A DNA stretch of 29,487 bases, taken from Candidatus Cloacimonadota bacterium (lineage in GTDB: Bacteria > Cloacimonadota > Cloacimonadia > Cloacimonadales > WRIO01). The translations under genes and the position numbers were made by a program. The stretch is taken from positions 1-29,487 of the forward strand of contig JAKQQL010000035.1 of the NCBI GenBank assembly GCA_029564175.1, given 5' to 3'. This document shows positions 1 to 9,691 of this stretch, one piece after another (position 1 is the stretch's first letter; the number at the start of each line of letters is the position of its first letter). Under the pieces are notes generated by a model, which saw nothing but the letters and a program-made list of their open reading frames with translations, was not told where the DNA came from and did no database searches.

Positions 1-1
1 C

Positions 2-727
2 TCTCGTGACAGTGATGGTTTTTTAATCAATCTTGACCATAAACTCAATGATGACATGGCTTGGGGTTTAAACACCATTATTAAAAGAGACAAAACGGTT
101 GCAGACGATGCTTTACTGGATTTATGGTTTATGCCTTTCTTTACCTTCGGTATGGATGCGTTATCCGCAGATGCGATGTTTGCATTAAACTATGGTTCTT
201 ATGCAAAACAAGCGCCTGGTGGAAAAGATGTCAGCAATATGGGTATGGCTTTAGCGCTTGATGCTTCTTATGACATGAAAGAAATGGGTGTCCCAGGCAT
301 CAATTTCTTATATGCTTCCGGTGATGATGGTACAGATCCTGAATCAACTACTCAGTTCAACACTATCTCTAATTACTATATGAATGGTCTTGAATACTTT
401 GGCACAGGTGCTCATGATGGCGTAAATGGTGGCTGGTTTGATGCCAACAATGGTGGAAAAGGTTTAATGAGCGTCGTTTTCAAATACTCATATCCTGTGA
501 ATGAAAAATTAGAAGCTAAATTTGCTGCTGGTATGTTAAACTCAATCGAAGAATCTTCAAATGGTGAAACTGCTATGGGTACTGAAATTGATTTAGGCAT
601 GAACTACAAAATGTTTGAAAAATACACGGTAAAATTAGTAGGTGCTTTCGTAATGCCTGGTGAATACTTCGGTCCAGATCCAGACAGCGTTTACGAATTA
701 AGCTCTGTTTTATCAGTAGAATTCTAA
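2..727 (+). CDS. Outer-membrane beta-barrel/porin-like protein (alginate-export-like), 5' truncated by the window edge
   Basis: Frame is open from position 2 (SRDSDGFLINLDHKLNDDM...). Alternating hydrophobic beta-strand pattern, 'YASGDD' and 'GTEIDL.M.Y' segments, and a C-terminal Phe (..LSVEF) typical of BAM substrates. Confidence 0.7.
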   Translation, partial: SRDSDGFLINLDHKLNDDMAWGLNTIIKRDKTVADDALLDLWFMPFFTFGMDALSADAMFALNYGSYAKQAPGGKDVSNMGMALALDASYDMKEMGVPGINFLYASGDDGTDPESTTQFNTISNYYMNGLEYFGTGAHDGVNGGWFDANNGGKGLMSVVFKYSYPVNEKLEAKFAAGMLNSIEESSNGETAMGTEIDLGMNYKMFEKYTVKLVGAFVMPGEYFGPDPDSVYELSSVLSVEF

Positions 728-747
728 ATAAAATGTATTCTATGTTT

Positions 748-774
748 AAAAGCAGTCGAAAGACTGCTTTTTTT
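748..774 (+). terminator. Rho-independent terminator
   Basis: AAAAGCAGTC-GAAA-GACTGCTTTT hairpin followed by a T run, about 20 nt after the porin stop codon. Confidence 0.9.
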
Positions 775-977
775 ATTTGGTTCAAGTTTTTCATCTTTTT
801 TACAATACCTCATTTTTACCATTTTTTTATCACATCTCTCCTAAGATACAGTTTTTTCTACTCATTTTAAGTTTTATTTTTTCGATTTCATTATTTTTTT
901 TGTTTTGCTTATCATCTGTTTTTCAATAAGTTATTTTATTCTGAATAGAATCCAGCAAGTCTTTTTCAAAAAAAAGA

Positions 978-1007
978 TTGACAGGAAAACCTATATTCAG
1001 TTTTTAT
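978..1007 (+). promoter_or_regulatory. Putative sigma70 promoter for the tRNA-Asp pair
   Basis: Perfect TTGACA at 978-983, preceded by an A tract and about 50 nt upstream of the tRNA. The -10 element is weak (TTTTAT-like). Confidence 0.4.
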
Positions 1008-1033
1008 GTATTTATAAATGATAGTGTGTATGC

Positions 1034-1110
1034 GGGGGAGTAGTTCAGTTGGTCAGAACGTCTGCCTGTCACGCAGAAGGCCGCGAGTTCGAGCCTCGTC
1101 TCTCCCGCCA
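1034..1110 (+). tRNA. tRNA-Asp(GTC)
   Basis: 77 nt cloverleaf: acceptor GGGGGAG/CTCTCCC, anticodon arm TCTGC-CTGTCAC-GCAGA, T arm GCGAG-TTCGAGC-CTCGT, encoded CCA. Confidence 0.98.
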
Positions 1111-1159
1111 TTAATTCCTTTGAATTAATAGAATGATCAAAAATCAGATATATTTTTTA

Positions 1160-1236
1160 GGGGGAGTAGTTCAGTTGGTCAGAACGTCTGCCTGTCACGC
1201 AGAAGGCCGCGAGTTCGAGCCTCGTCTCTCCCGCCA
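1160..1236 (+). tRNA. tRNA-Asp(GTC), identical second copy
   Basis: Sequence identical to 1034-1110. Confidence 0.98.
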
Positions 1237-1240
1237 TTAT

Positions 1241-1265
1241 AAACCGCTTGCAAAAGCGGTTTTTT
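1241..1265 (+). terminator. Rho-independent terminator of the tRNA operon
   Basis: AAACCGCTT-GCAA-AAGCGGTTT followed by a T run. Confidence 0.9.
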
Positions 1266-1295
1266 CTTTTACCTGAGAATTTGAAAACATCAAGC

Positions 1296-1333
1296 AAAAA
1301 AGGCATATCTGAATCCAGATATGCCTTTTTTTT
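1296..1333 (-). terminator. Bidirectional-type terminator downstream of trmL
   Basis: AAAAAAGGCATATCTG-AATC-CAGATATGCCTTTTTT hairpin with A/T tracts on both sides. Confidence 0.85.
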
Positions 1334-1344
1334 AACACAAAATA

Positions 1345-1824
1345 TCAATAGTCGAAATTTATTTGTCTTAGCGCTTCATAAAGAATGATTGATACCGAAT
1401 TTGATAAATTGATTGAACGAATTTCGTGATGCATCGGGATCGTGATACAATGCTCTGCATTATCACCCAGAATTGACTCAGGAATACCTCTGGATTCTGG
1501 CCCAAAAACGAATAAATCCCCCTTTTTATAGACAAAATCAGAATAAGACTGTTTTGACTTGGTCGTACAGTAATAAACCTGATTTTCAGGGTATTTTGCT
1601 ATCAGTTCATCCAGTGAATCATGCATAAATAACTTAACATGATCCCAGTAATCGAGTCCAGCTCTTTTTAAGTACTTGTCATTAAGAAAAAAGCGCATCG
1701 GTTTGATGATATGTAACTCTGCATTTGCCCCAAGACATAATCTGCCGATGTTACCGGTATTAGCAGGTATTTCTGGTTGATAGAGGACTACTCTGAAGCT
1801 TATTTGCTCATGATGTTCAGCCAT
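1345..1824 (-). CDS. trmL: tRNA (cytidine/uridine(34)-2'-O)-methyltransferase TrmL (SPOUT)
   Basis: Motifs PEIPANTGNIGRLC, LKRAGLDYW, FVFGPESRG, IPM...RSINLSNSV..LYEALRQ. Confidence 0.95.
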   Translation of the reverse strand: MAEHHEQISFRVVLYQPEIPANTGNIGRLCLGANAELHIIKPMRFFLNDKYLKRAGLDYWDHVKLFMHDSLDELIAKYPENQVYYCTTKSKQSYSDFVYKKGDLFVFGPESRGIPESILGDNAEHCITIPMHHEIRSINLSNSVSIILYEALRQINFDY

Positions 1825-2825
1825 TTATCAATCCATTCTTCTTTGAGATGTTCTTCTTTTAATTCTTTAGTTAAATCTTTCTGAGGCATCGGACAATATT
1901 TAAATCCTTCAGGCAACTGAACAGATTTTAATACAGGATACATCCATTGGGTAGTAGGAATATGTTTTTGAAAATCCTCAGTTAGCATGTATTCAATAAA
2001 CTTTTTAGCTAATTCTGGATTCCCACAATTTTTAACAATACCGGCACCTTCAATCTGTCTAAATCCACCTTCTTTAGGGATAAAGGCTTTATAACGTGTC
2101 GTTTTATCTGATTCATAATGAAAAGCGGGACTGGTAGCGTAACTTAGCACCATATTGGCTTCACCTGCGATAAACGCATTATATGCCTCATCCCAGCTTG
2201 CTGGTGTCGTTAATGTCTTAGTTTTTATTCCTTGCCAGAATTTTTCAAATCCATCCGTTCCATAAAGTGCCATCACCCATAAAAAAAGACCTTTTCCAGG
2301 GCTTGATGTTCTTGGATCTATCAAAATTATTTTCTCTTTATTTTTATTAGAAATCAAATCCTCAAATGATGCAGGGGGAGTTTTAATCTTCTCTGAATCA
2401 TAAACAAAAGCAAAATAACCATAATCATAAGGAGTAAGATAAAAATCAGGATCAAATATCAAATCTGAGTCTATCATACTGATATTTGCTGGTTTATATG
2501 ATTCAAAAATACCTTTTTCTTTGGCTTTATACATAAATGTGTTATCAATGCCAATCGCAATGTCTGCAACTGGATGATCTTTTTCAAGAATCAGACGATT
2601 CAAGATTGCTCCAGCATCACCGGCTGTTACCATTTCTACTTTACAGTTATTCAGACGTTCAAACTCAGGTATCGCTTCTTTACCTAATCCCCAGCTTACA
2701 AAACTATCATAGGCATAGATGGTTAAAACCGAATCCTGAACAGGTTTATCAGTAGCAGTTTTTGCTTTTGAACAAGCAGACAATAAAAGTGATAACGCGA
2801 TTAAGATCATTAAGAATCTTCTCAT
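1800..2825 (-). CDS. thiB: Thiamine ABC transporter substrate-binding lipoprotein (ThiB/TbpA family)
   Basis: Lipobox LLSAC; motifs YDSFVSWGLG, GIDN, PYDYGYFAFVYD, DPRTSSPG, LSYATSPA, QIEGAGI, QWMYP. Confidence 0.85.
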   Translation of the reverse strand: MRRFLMILIALSLLLSACSKAKTATDKPVQDSVLTIYAYDSFVSWGLGKEAIPEFERLNNCKVEMVTAGDAGAILNRLILEKDHPVADIAIGIDNTFMYKAKEKGIFESYKPANISMIDSDLIFDPDFYLTPYDYGYFAFVYDSEKIKTPPASFEDLISNKNKEKIILIDPRTSSPGKGLFLWVMALYGTDGFEKFWQGIKTKTLTTPASWDEAYNAFIAGEANMVLSYATSPAFHYESDKTTRYKAFIPKEGGFRQIEGAGIVKNCGNPELAKKFIEYMLTEDFQKHIPTTQWMYPVLKSVQLPEGFKYCPMPQKDLTKELKEEHLKEEWIDKWLNIMSK

Positions 2826-3589
2826 ATTCCAACTCCTCCGAATAATAATTTTGCTACGATGAAGTCCATCATCAATATACCAATTGATGAATATACAACC
2901 GTATCAGTTGTAACTCTTCCAACACCTTCTGCCCCATTTTGTGTATTCATACCAGTAAAACAGGCAATGGAAGTGATTGTCCAGCCAAAACAGACCGCTT
3001 TGGCAATCCCCAGCCATAAATCAAGGGGCATGAAATAATTTTTCATATTTTCAAAAAACATATAGAATGTCATATCATAAGAATATATGGTAAAAATAAA
3101 AGATGAAAAGATACTCACAAACAATGCAATAACCGTTAATAAGGGAACAGATATTAAACCTGCCAGAATTCTTGGCATGTACAAATAATGATATGGATTA
3201 ACAGCCATCACATCCAGTGCATCTATCTGTTCAGTAACTCTCATCGTTCCAATTTCAGCAGCGATTGAAGCACCTATTCTCCCTGTTAAAACCAAAGCTG
3301 TCAAAACAGGAGCAAGCTCAGTCATTGTGGTTTTACCTACCAAAACACCTATGAGGTACTTGGGGATGAAGCCCTTTGTCTGATAGGATGCCTGCAAAGC
3401 AGTAACCAAACCCGTAAAAATAGAAGTTATGAATATCAGTGGTACTGAATCATATGCGATACGCTTCAGCTGTTTTAATATATCATAAGATCTCTTGACT
3501 GCAAATGGCATCGCTTCAATAACCTTAAAAGAAAAAATAATATAATCACCTATTGTTACAACAGTTTTTCTAAAAGGCATTGTGTTCAA
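2822..3589 (-). CDS. mlaE: MlaE-family ABC transporter permease (true start may be 3580)
   Basis: Motifs ELAPVLTALVLTGRIGASIAAEIGTMRVTEQIDAL and GAEGVGRVTT; multiple TM helices. Confidence 0.92.
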   Translation of the reverse strand: MNTMPFRKTVVTIGDYIIFSFKVIEAMPFAVKRSYDILKQLKRIAYDSVPLIFITSIFTGLVTALQASYQTKGFIPKYLIGVLVGKTTMTELAPVLTALVLTGRIGASIAAEIGTMRVTEQIDALDVMAVNPYHYLYMPRILAGLISVPLLTVIALFVSIFSSFIFTIYSYDMTFYMFFENMKNYFMPLDLWLGIAKAVCFGWTITSIACFTGMNTQNGAEGVGRVTTDTVVYSSIGILMMDFIVAKLLFGGVGI

Positions 3590-4907
3590 GATCCTTAAAT
3601 TTTGTAAATTCTTTTTGAAATAACAGATCTACAGAGCCTGTAGCGCCATGACGATTCTTACCGATAATGATCTCGGCTATGCCAGGTTTCTCTGATTCTT
3701 TGTTGTAATAATCATCCCTGTAAATAAACATCACAATATCGGCATCCTGTTCGATCGCTCCCGATTCTCTTAAGTCAGACAGCATCGGTCTTTTATCTGT
3801 TCGTGACTCCAAACCACGGTTTAGCTGTGAAAGTGCAATAATGGGTATTTCCAGTTCTTTAGCCAAGACTTTCAGAGCTCTGGATATTTCAGCAATTTCC
3901 TGCTGTCTGTTATCAATATTTCTTTTTGAAGTCATTAACTGAAGATAATCGATTATAATCAGATCAAGTCCTTTAATTTCAGCTTTTAACCTTCTGGCTT
4001 TAGCTCTGATATCCATTACCGTAATAGAGCCGGTATCATCAATAAATAAATCTTTGGTCCCTAACACTTCTGCAACCTGGCTTATTCTGGCTATTTTGGT
4101 CTGATCCATGCCAAAACCCTTAATCATAGAATCCATACTGACTTCTGAATAACTACTGAAAATACGTAATAACAATTCATCACTGGCCATTTCCAGTGTA
4201 AACACGCCCACTTTTAAATCCTGAATGGCTGCATTAAAAGCAATATTCAATGCAAATGAGGTTTTACCCATCGCAGGTCGGGCTGCCAGAATAACAAGCT
4301 GACCCTTCCTAAATCCGCCTAGTACTTTATCCAGACCATCAAAACCAGAGCCCACCCCTAATACACTTTTTCTGGTTTTTGCGACTTCTTCGATATTTCT
4401 TAGCGTTTCAGGAATGATCTTGCTGACTTTTGTAAATGAACGGTTATTAGGCATTTCTGCTATTTTGAAAATTTCCTGTTCAGCTCGGTCAACGATTTCA
4501 TTGATAGGACCTTCTGGATTGTAACAACTCTGAATAATTTGATTAGAAGTCGTTATCAAGTCTCTCAATAAGGCTTTTTCAAGAACGATCTGAGCATGAA
4601 ACTCAACATTTGCACTACTTAAAACAATATCAGACAGTTCATTGATATATAGCTTTCCGCCTATCTTCTCCAGTTCACTCTTTTCTTCAAGCCGATGAAT
4701 CAAAGTGATAATATCGACTTCAATGTTTCTCTCAAACAAGTCTGAAATTGCTCGAAAGATGACTTTATGTGAATTTTTGTAAAAATGATTTTCACGTACC
4801 AATTCTAATACTTTTGCAACAGAATTATTATCAATCATCATCGCAGACAGTACAGCCGCTTCAGCATTTATATCATTAGGTAACATTCTTTCAATAGACT
4901 CAGCCAT
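3570..4907 (-). CDS. dnaB: Replicative DNA helicase DnaB
   Basis: N-terminal P.DINAEAAVL; Walker A AARPAMGKT; IDYLQL; LSQLNR; SDLRESGAIEQDAD; KNRHG. Confidence 0.98.
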   Translation of the reverse strand: MAESIERMLPNDINAEAAVLSAMMIDNNSVAKVLELVRENHFYKNSHKVIFRAISDLFERNIEVDIITLIHRLEEKSELEKIGGKLYINELSDIVLSSANVEFHAQIVLEKALLRDLITTSNQIIQSCYNPEGPINEIVDRAEQEIFKIAEMPNNRSFTKVSKIIPETLRNIEEVAKTRKSVLGVGSGFDGLDKVLGGFRKGQLVILAARPAMGKTSFALNIAFNAAIQDLKVGVFTLEMASDELLLRIFSSYSEVSMDSMIKGFGMDQTKIARISQVAEVLGTKDLFIDDTGSITVMDIRAKARRLKAEIKGLDLIIIDYLQLMTSKRNIDNRQQEIAEISRALKVLAKELEIPIIALSQLNRGLESRTDKRPMLSDLRESGAIEQDADIVMFIYRDDYYNKESEKPGIAEIIIGKNRHGATGSVDLLFQKEFTKFKDLEHNAF

Positions 4908-4927
4908 TTATCCTCTGTCTTTAAAAT

Positions 4928-5692
4928 TTACACTATTTTCTTATCAATTACAAAATCTCTAAATTTCTGTAAATCAACCCAAGCTAATTTTTTGAGATCT
5001 GGATTTCTTAAAAGCGCGGAAGGATGATAAGTAATCCAGACAGGAATACCTTCAAACTCAAAAGGTTGTTCATTTCGGTATTGATCCATATTTTTATTTT
5101 CATGAAGGAGACTAATCGTTGCCACTTTACCTAAAAGTAAAATAACCTGAGGTTTTATAATTCTAATTTGTTGGAACAAAAAAGGCATACATTGAGAGAT
5201 TTCATCAGGATTAGGATTTCGATTTCCAGGAGGTCTGCATTTAACAACATTCGTGATATATACCTGCTCTCTGTTGATATTGATAGCCTGTAGCATTTTT
5301 GTTAATAATTTTCCGGCTTCTCCAATAAATGGTCTGCCAGAAATATTCTCTTCAGCACCAGGGCCTTCTCCGATCAACATGATTCTTGCTGATTGATGAC
5401 CTTCTCCATATACAAGCTTTAACCTGCTTTTAGCTAAAATACATCGATTGCAATTCAGTAACTTTTCTCTGATTTTTTGCAAGCCTATCTCATCAGATTT
5501 TGTCCCGGCTTCAACAGCTGAATTAACCGGACATATAATCTGAGCTGGAACATCAACCTGATAATCTTCATCATCTGATTGAAATTTAGGTTTTATAATA
5601 TTTATATTGATCTTTTCAAAAGGACTGACAATAGATGTCAGTCCGGAATATTTTAACAGTTCTAAGTACTGTTTAAAAGCTCTTAAACTCAT
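4928..5692 (-). CDS. Uracil-DNA glycosylase family 4 (Fe-S)
   Basis: CNRC, IGEGPGAEE, PFIGEAG.LL, TNVVKCRPPGNRNP, fourth Cys (SQCMP), YHPS. Confidence 0.93.
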   Translation of the reverse strand: MSLRAFKQYLELLKYSGLTSIVSPFEKININIIKPKFQSDDEDYQVDVPAQIICPVNSAVEAGTKSDEIGLQKIREKLLNCNRCILAKSRLKLVYGEGHQSARIMLIGEGPGAEENISGRPFIGEAGKLLTKMLQAININREQVYITNVVKCRPPGNRNPNPDEISQCMPFLFQQIRIIKPQVILLLGKVATISLLHENKNMDQYRNEQPFEFEGIPVWITYHPSALLRNPDLKKLAWVDLQKFRDFVIDKKIV

Positions 5693-5715
5693 GATAATTC
5701 ATTTTCAGACACTAT

Positions 5716-6144
5716 TTAGTCTTCATCATCAAAGCTGTCTTCATTATAAAAATCATCATCTTCATCAAAATCATCATCATCTTCATCATCTTGAAAACTA
5801 TCGTCTGCTTTTTCATCTTTAAATTCTTCCCTTACAGGCTCTTCTTCATAAGGGATATTTTCTTCATACTGGAAATCATCATCTTCATCATCGTCATCAC
5901 GATAAATATTTCTGGAATACTCATCAGCTTCAGTTTCACTGTATTCAAGAATGTAATCTGGTATATCATTAATCGCAGCGTGTTCTAATGCCATATCTGA
6001 TATTTTTTTAGAAAATCCCTTTTTTATTCCATCAGGTAGATTACTTAATCTATCTACTTCCAGATTAGCTAATATTAAAAATAAATAATCCATATTATTT
6101 GTTTCTAAAAACTGGTTTACTTTTTTATCTGTCTTACTATCCAT
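5716..6144 (-). CDS. Protein with a very acidic C-terminal half; possibly a divergent RNA polymerase omega subunit
   Basis: RBS AAGGAGG upstream. The N-terminal ~65 aa looks helical and omega-like, it sits directly after gmk, and the C-terminal tail is Asp/Glu-rich. The CDS is well supported; the function is inferred. Confidence 0.6.
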   Translation of the reverse strand: MDSKTDKKVNQFLETNNMDYLFLILANLEVDRLSNLPDGIKKGFSKKISDMALEHAAINDIPDYILEYSETEADEYSRNIYRDDDDEDDDFQYEENIPYEEEPVREEFKDEKADDSFQDDEDDDDFDEDDDFYNEDSFDDED

Positions 6145-6156
6145 TCTTCCTCCTTA

Positions 6157-6762
6157 TTAATTATAAAAATCATCCAGGATTTTTGAAAAACGTTTTACTT
6201 TGTTCTCTTCAGCCTGTATAATATTGATGACACATTCAACTGCACTATCCAATGAGTCATTAATTACCAAATAATCATATTCATTTAATCGGTCAATTTC
6301 TTTTTTTGAGTTTTCCAATCTTTGTTCAATTTGCTCGGGAGAGTCAGTTTTTCGGTCGATTAAACGTTGCTTTAAAACACTATAACTAGGTGGTAATATA
6401 AAAATAGAAACAATGTCAACTCCCAGATTTCTGATTTGAGCAACACCCTGAACATCAATATCCATAATGACATGATTCGCTTTTTCCAATGTATCTTCAA
6501 TAAATTGTTTTGAAGTTCCGTACCAATTATTATGTACTTTGGCACTTTCTAAAAAAAATCCTGCATCTCTTTTACTAAGAAAATCCGATTCTTCTGTAAA
6601 AAAGTAAGCAACTCCGTCTTTTTCCTCTCCACGTGGCTTTCTGGTAGTATGAGATATGGAATATTGAATATGAGGAAGCCGTTCCATTACTTTACTTAGT
6701 ATCGTTGATTTACCGCTTCCAGAAGGAGCTGCAATCGTAATCAGAAAACCTTTCTTTTTCAT
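6157..6762 (-). CDS. gmk: Guanylate kinase
   Basis: P-loop APSGSGKST; SHTTRKPRGEEKDGVAYFF; YGT; DIDVQG; IFILPPS. Confidence 0.97.
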   Translation of the reverse strand: MKKKGFLITIAAPSGSGKSTILSKVMERLPHIQYSISHTTRKPRGEEKDGVAYFFTEESDFLSKRDAGFFLESAKVHNNWYGTSKQFIEDTLEKANHVIMDIDVQGVAQIRNLGVDIVSIFILPPSYSVLKQRLIDRKTDSPEQIEQRLENSKKEIDRLNEYDYLVINDSLDSAVECVINIIQAEENKVKRFSKILDDFYN

Positions 6763-6775
6763 TTTACCCCTTTAT

Positions 6776-6808
6776 AAAAATAAGTCTCCCCTCTTTCAGG
6801 GAGACTTA
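6776..6808 (-). terminator. Terminator between gcvH and gmk
   Basis: Minus strand TAAGTCTCCC-TGAAAGAG-GGGAGACTTA followed by TTTTT. Confidence 0.75.
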
Positions 6809-6824
6809 CATATTTGTAATTAAA

Positions 6825-7205
6825 TTATTGATTAATCATTTTGCGATATTCATCTGCGGTCATTAATTTTTCAATTTCTTCAATATTTTTAAATTCCACT
6901 TTTATTAACCAGCCATCATCATAAGGAGAGTTATTGATTAATTCTGGAGAATCAAATAAGTCAACGTTGGTTTCAACTACGTTTCCTGAAATAGGAGAAA
7001 TAATATCTTCTACTGTTTTAACCGCTTCAAGATTTCCTAATGGTTCGCCTGCGTTTACTTTTTCATTTACTTCAGGTAATTCAACATGTACGATATCACC
7101 TAATTCATGTTGAGCAAAATCACTAATGCCTACATAAGCAATATTTCCATCTACTTTTACCCATTCATGGCTTTCTGTATAGCGTAAATCATCTAAAACT
7201 TTCAT
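6825..7205 (-). CDS. gcvH: Glycine cleavage system H protein
   Basis: YTESHEWV, GISDFAQHELGDIV, lipoyl-Lys motif EAVKTV, IN.SPY..GWL. Start moved to 7205 because GGAGG lies at 7211-7215. Confidence 0.96.
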   Translation of the reverse strand: MKVLDDLRYTESHEWVKVDGNIAYVGISDFAQHELGDIVHVELPEVNEKVNAGEPLGNLEAVKTVEDIISPISGNVVETNVDLFDSPELINNSPYDDGWLIKVEFKNIEEIEKLMTADEYRKMINQ

Positions 7206-7325
7206 TTTATCCTCCATTATAATATTCATTTTCTAAGATAAATTTAATTTTATGCTTTTTGTGTCAAGCATAATCAAAAACAATTTCTGATGGCAGGTTA
7301 TTCTACTATTTATCATCATATTACA

Positions 7326-9653
7326 TTATTTAATCAAAAGCATTTTTTTCATTGAACTCTGTTGTACTTCATTTCTGACTCTGTAAAAATAAATTCCACT
7401 GGCAAGACTTGTATTCTTTGATATCCAGGAGATTGAATTTCCTCTGCTGATATCCATTTTCAGACTTTCTATCTTTTGCCCTTTAATATTAAAAATGTCA
7501 ATAAAGTGTAATCTGCTTTTATCATTGGCTTTAACAAAAAATCGGGTTCCTGTATTTATACTAAATGGATTTGGATAATTTGAAACAATCATCTTATCTG
7601 GATGACTATTTGTTTGTTCTGAATTTCCAACCGTATAATGATTCTGATTATCAAATCTAAAATTATCAATATAAATTCCATCTGCATCTACACCCTGATC
7701 ACTGGTTTGTTTAAACCTAAAATAAACCGTTTGTCCGATAAAGCTAGAAAGATTGATTACTTCTGTTTTCCAGACTGATGCACCTGTATGTATTTTCAAA
7801 TCTGACCAATTGCTATTATCTGTTGAAATCTGGAAACGAACATAATCATAATTGCTTTCTAAATTGTACTTAACTTCATAAGCAACGGTAGCACTCTGAC
7901 AATTATTTAAATCAAAAGATTGATTCAATTTAGCAATTTTAGTAATATTGTTAGCATAGTTTCCCGCAGGAGAATCAGTTAGCACATGATTATTATTTTC
8001 AATTGTTATGCCCCAAGGTGCCTGAACTGTCCAGTTACTTAACCCATTATCAAAAGAATCACTAAACAAAGGCGCATTGATCACAAAATGATAGTTAGCA
8101 TCAACTTGAACAAGAACATATCCTGAAAACGGCATATAATCAGCATGACTAATACTTACCTGATAAGTTCCTGGAAACACATTATCAATCTCAAAATACC
8201 CATTTTCATCTGTTTGAGCAGTCAATTCACCATCGGCATAAATTTTTATTAATGCATCACTTATCGGTTGATTATCAGCAGTACGAACATAACCTTTAAA
8301 TTCTGAAGAAGTCAAAGCATTCATTACAACATTAACAATCGTAGGAGACTCTGCTGTAACCAGCACATTATCTAAAACCTGAGTTTCATAACCGTATGCA
8401 TTAACCTGTAGCTGATAAGTACCTGGTAATAATACCCGATGAAAATCTCCTACCTGAGGATCTGTATAAGAAACCATACGATTAGCAATTTCAATAGTGG
8501 CACTAACAGGCTGATTATTAGTATCTAACACAATACCATGAATTCCTGTTTGACTTTTTTCGATGTATCTCAGTATAGATTCTCTGTTATTTTCCCAGAA
8601 ACCGTCTAATAAATTCGCAGCAGGCCATTTGGTATTACTTATTTCTGCAGTAATATCCATACAGGTATAATAGTAATTCGACCAGTCCTGAAAACTACCA
8701 TGAATTACATACCAGGCAGCCCCATTGGTTATTCCGTGTTCAAATTCCGTACTATTGTAGAGCATCGGATTCTGTGCTGTATAGGTTAGCGCATTATCAA
8801 CAAAAACATCGTTATCCGGATGCAATGCATAAATACAATCCCAGGGATAGTTTAAGACCTGAGCACCTCCATGAAAATTAAGAGATATATTGGATGTATG
8901 CGTATCAGCAAAAGCCTTCAATGCCTGATGTTCAGGCTGCCTGTTTGTCGTATCATTTGCTTCATTTGCTGAAAAATCAGGGAAAGTTCTGTTTAAATCA
9001 ACATCGTTCGCATTTGCTCTTTGATGTAATACATAGCCATCTGGATTAGTTAGCGGGTTTATCCAGATTTCTGTATTGTTCACAATATTAGTAATTCTGG
9101 TATCTGTGCCATAAGATCCGGTTAAGAGAGAAATAAGTCTGATTAAAAGATCATATCCCACAACTTCATCCCCATGTATCGTTGAAGTCAATCTCACTTC
9201 CGGTTCGTTTTCCTCGATTGATGCATTATCTGAAATTTTTAGAAACCAGATAGGTCTTTCCTGAACTGAATTCCCAGCATTGATTAGCTGACATATTTCA
9301 GGATACTGCTGAGCGGTTTGTTGCATAAAAGCATTGTATTCATCTATTGAATAATATTCATTCATCGGATCATCGGTATTTTTAGTTGTTTCCCATAGCT
9401 GATCAGCATAAATTTTAGCTTCATCAGGTATCAATACGATATCAAAGCCCATTTTTTTCAATAGTTCAAACTCTGCTTTACTGACATAAACGCGTATTGA
9501 ATTTTGATTCACATTATCAATACTAATACCAAGTTTATCAATGAGTTGAGCATCTTTTTTTATATAATTGCTCATAACAATGGCAGGTTGTAAACCAGCA
9601 AATAAAAAACCAGCAATAGCCATTAAACCTAAGATAATAATCAGTTTTTTCAA
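7326..9653 (-). CDS. Secreted M14 zinc carboxypeptidase with carboxypeptidase-regulatory-like domains and a C-terminal T9SS/FlgD-Ig-like sorting domain
   Basis: TTG start with GGAGG RBS; signal peptide; HGDE, NPDG, DLNRTF, NFHGG, YPWD, NGAAWY, FQDW, catalytic E (TAEIS); C-terminal NYPNPF..IFNIKGQK..SGIYFY. Confidence 0.9.
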   Translation of the reverse strand: MKKLIIILGLMAIAGFLFAGLQPAIVMSNYIKKDAQLIDKLGISIDNVNQNSIRVYVSKAEFELLKKMGFDIVLIPDEAKIYADQLWETTKNTDDPMNEYYSIDEYNAFMQQTAQQYPEICQLINAGNSVQERPIWFLKISDNASIEENEPEVRLTSTIHGDEVVGYDLLIRLISLLTGSYGTDTRITNIVNNTEIWINPLTNPDGYVLHQRANANDVDLNRTFPDFSANEANDTTNRQPEHQALKAFADTHTSNISLNFHGGAQVLNYPWDCIYALHPDNDVFVDNALTYTAQNPMLYNSTEFEHGITNGAAWYVIHGSFQDWSNYYYTCMDITAEISNTKWPAANLLDGFWENNRESILRYIEKSQTGIHGIVLDTNNQPVSATIEIANRMVSYTDPQVGDFHRVLLPGTYQLQVNAYGYETQVLDNVLVTAESPTIVNVVMNALTSSEFKGYVRTADNQPISDALIKIYADGELTAQTDENGYFEIDNVFPGTYQVSISHADYMPFSGYVLVQVDANYHFVINAPLFSDSFDNGLSNWTVQAPWGITIENNNHVLTDSPAGNYANNITKIAKLNQSFDLNNCQSATVAYEVKYNLESNYDYVRFQISTDNSNWSDLKIHTGASVWKTEVINLSSFIGQTVYFRFKQTSDQGVDADGIYIDNFRFDNQNHYTVGNSEQTNSHPDKMIVSNYPNPFSINTGTRFFVKANDKSRLHFIDIFNIKGQKIESLKMDISRGNSISWISKNTSLASGIYFYRVRNEVQQSSMKKMLLIK

Positions 9654-9691
9654 GTGTCCTCCAATAATAACTCGTTGAATAACAAGATTTT

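Noticed and set aside
780..960. Very T-rich intergenic stretch
   Set aside because: No ORF, repeat or structure recognised; consistent with an AT-rich region upstream of a tRNA promoter.
1034..1236. tRNA duplication as an attL/attR scar of an integrated element
   Set aside because: Both copies are full-length, 49 nt apart, and share one terminator with no integrase; this is an ordinary tandem tRNA operon.
1157..1348. 63-aa minus-strand ORF
   Set aside because: Antisense to tRNA-Asp and two terminators; spurious.
3570..4907. Intein in DnaB
   Set aside because: 445 aa is the normal length and the motifs are contiguous.
5720..5900. (TCA/TCT)n trinucleotide-like repeats
   Set aside because: These are Asp/Glu codons of the acidic tail, not an independent repeat element.
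7206..7325. Glycine riboswitch or clear promoter upstream of gcvH
   Set aside because: No riboswitch structure is visible. TTGACA is present at 7267-7262 but lacks a well-spaced -10.
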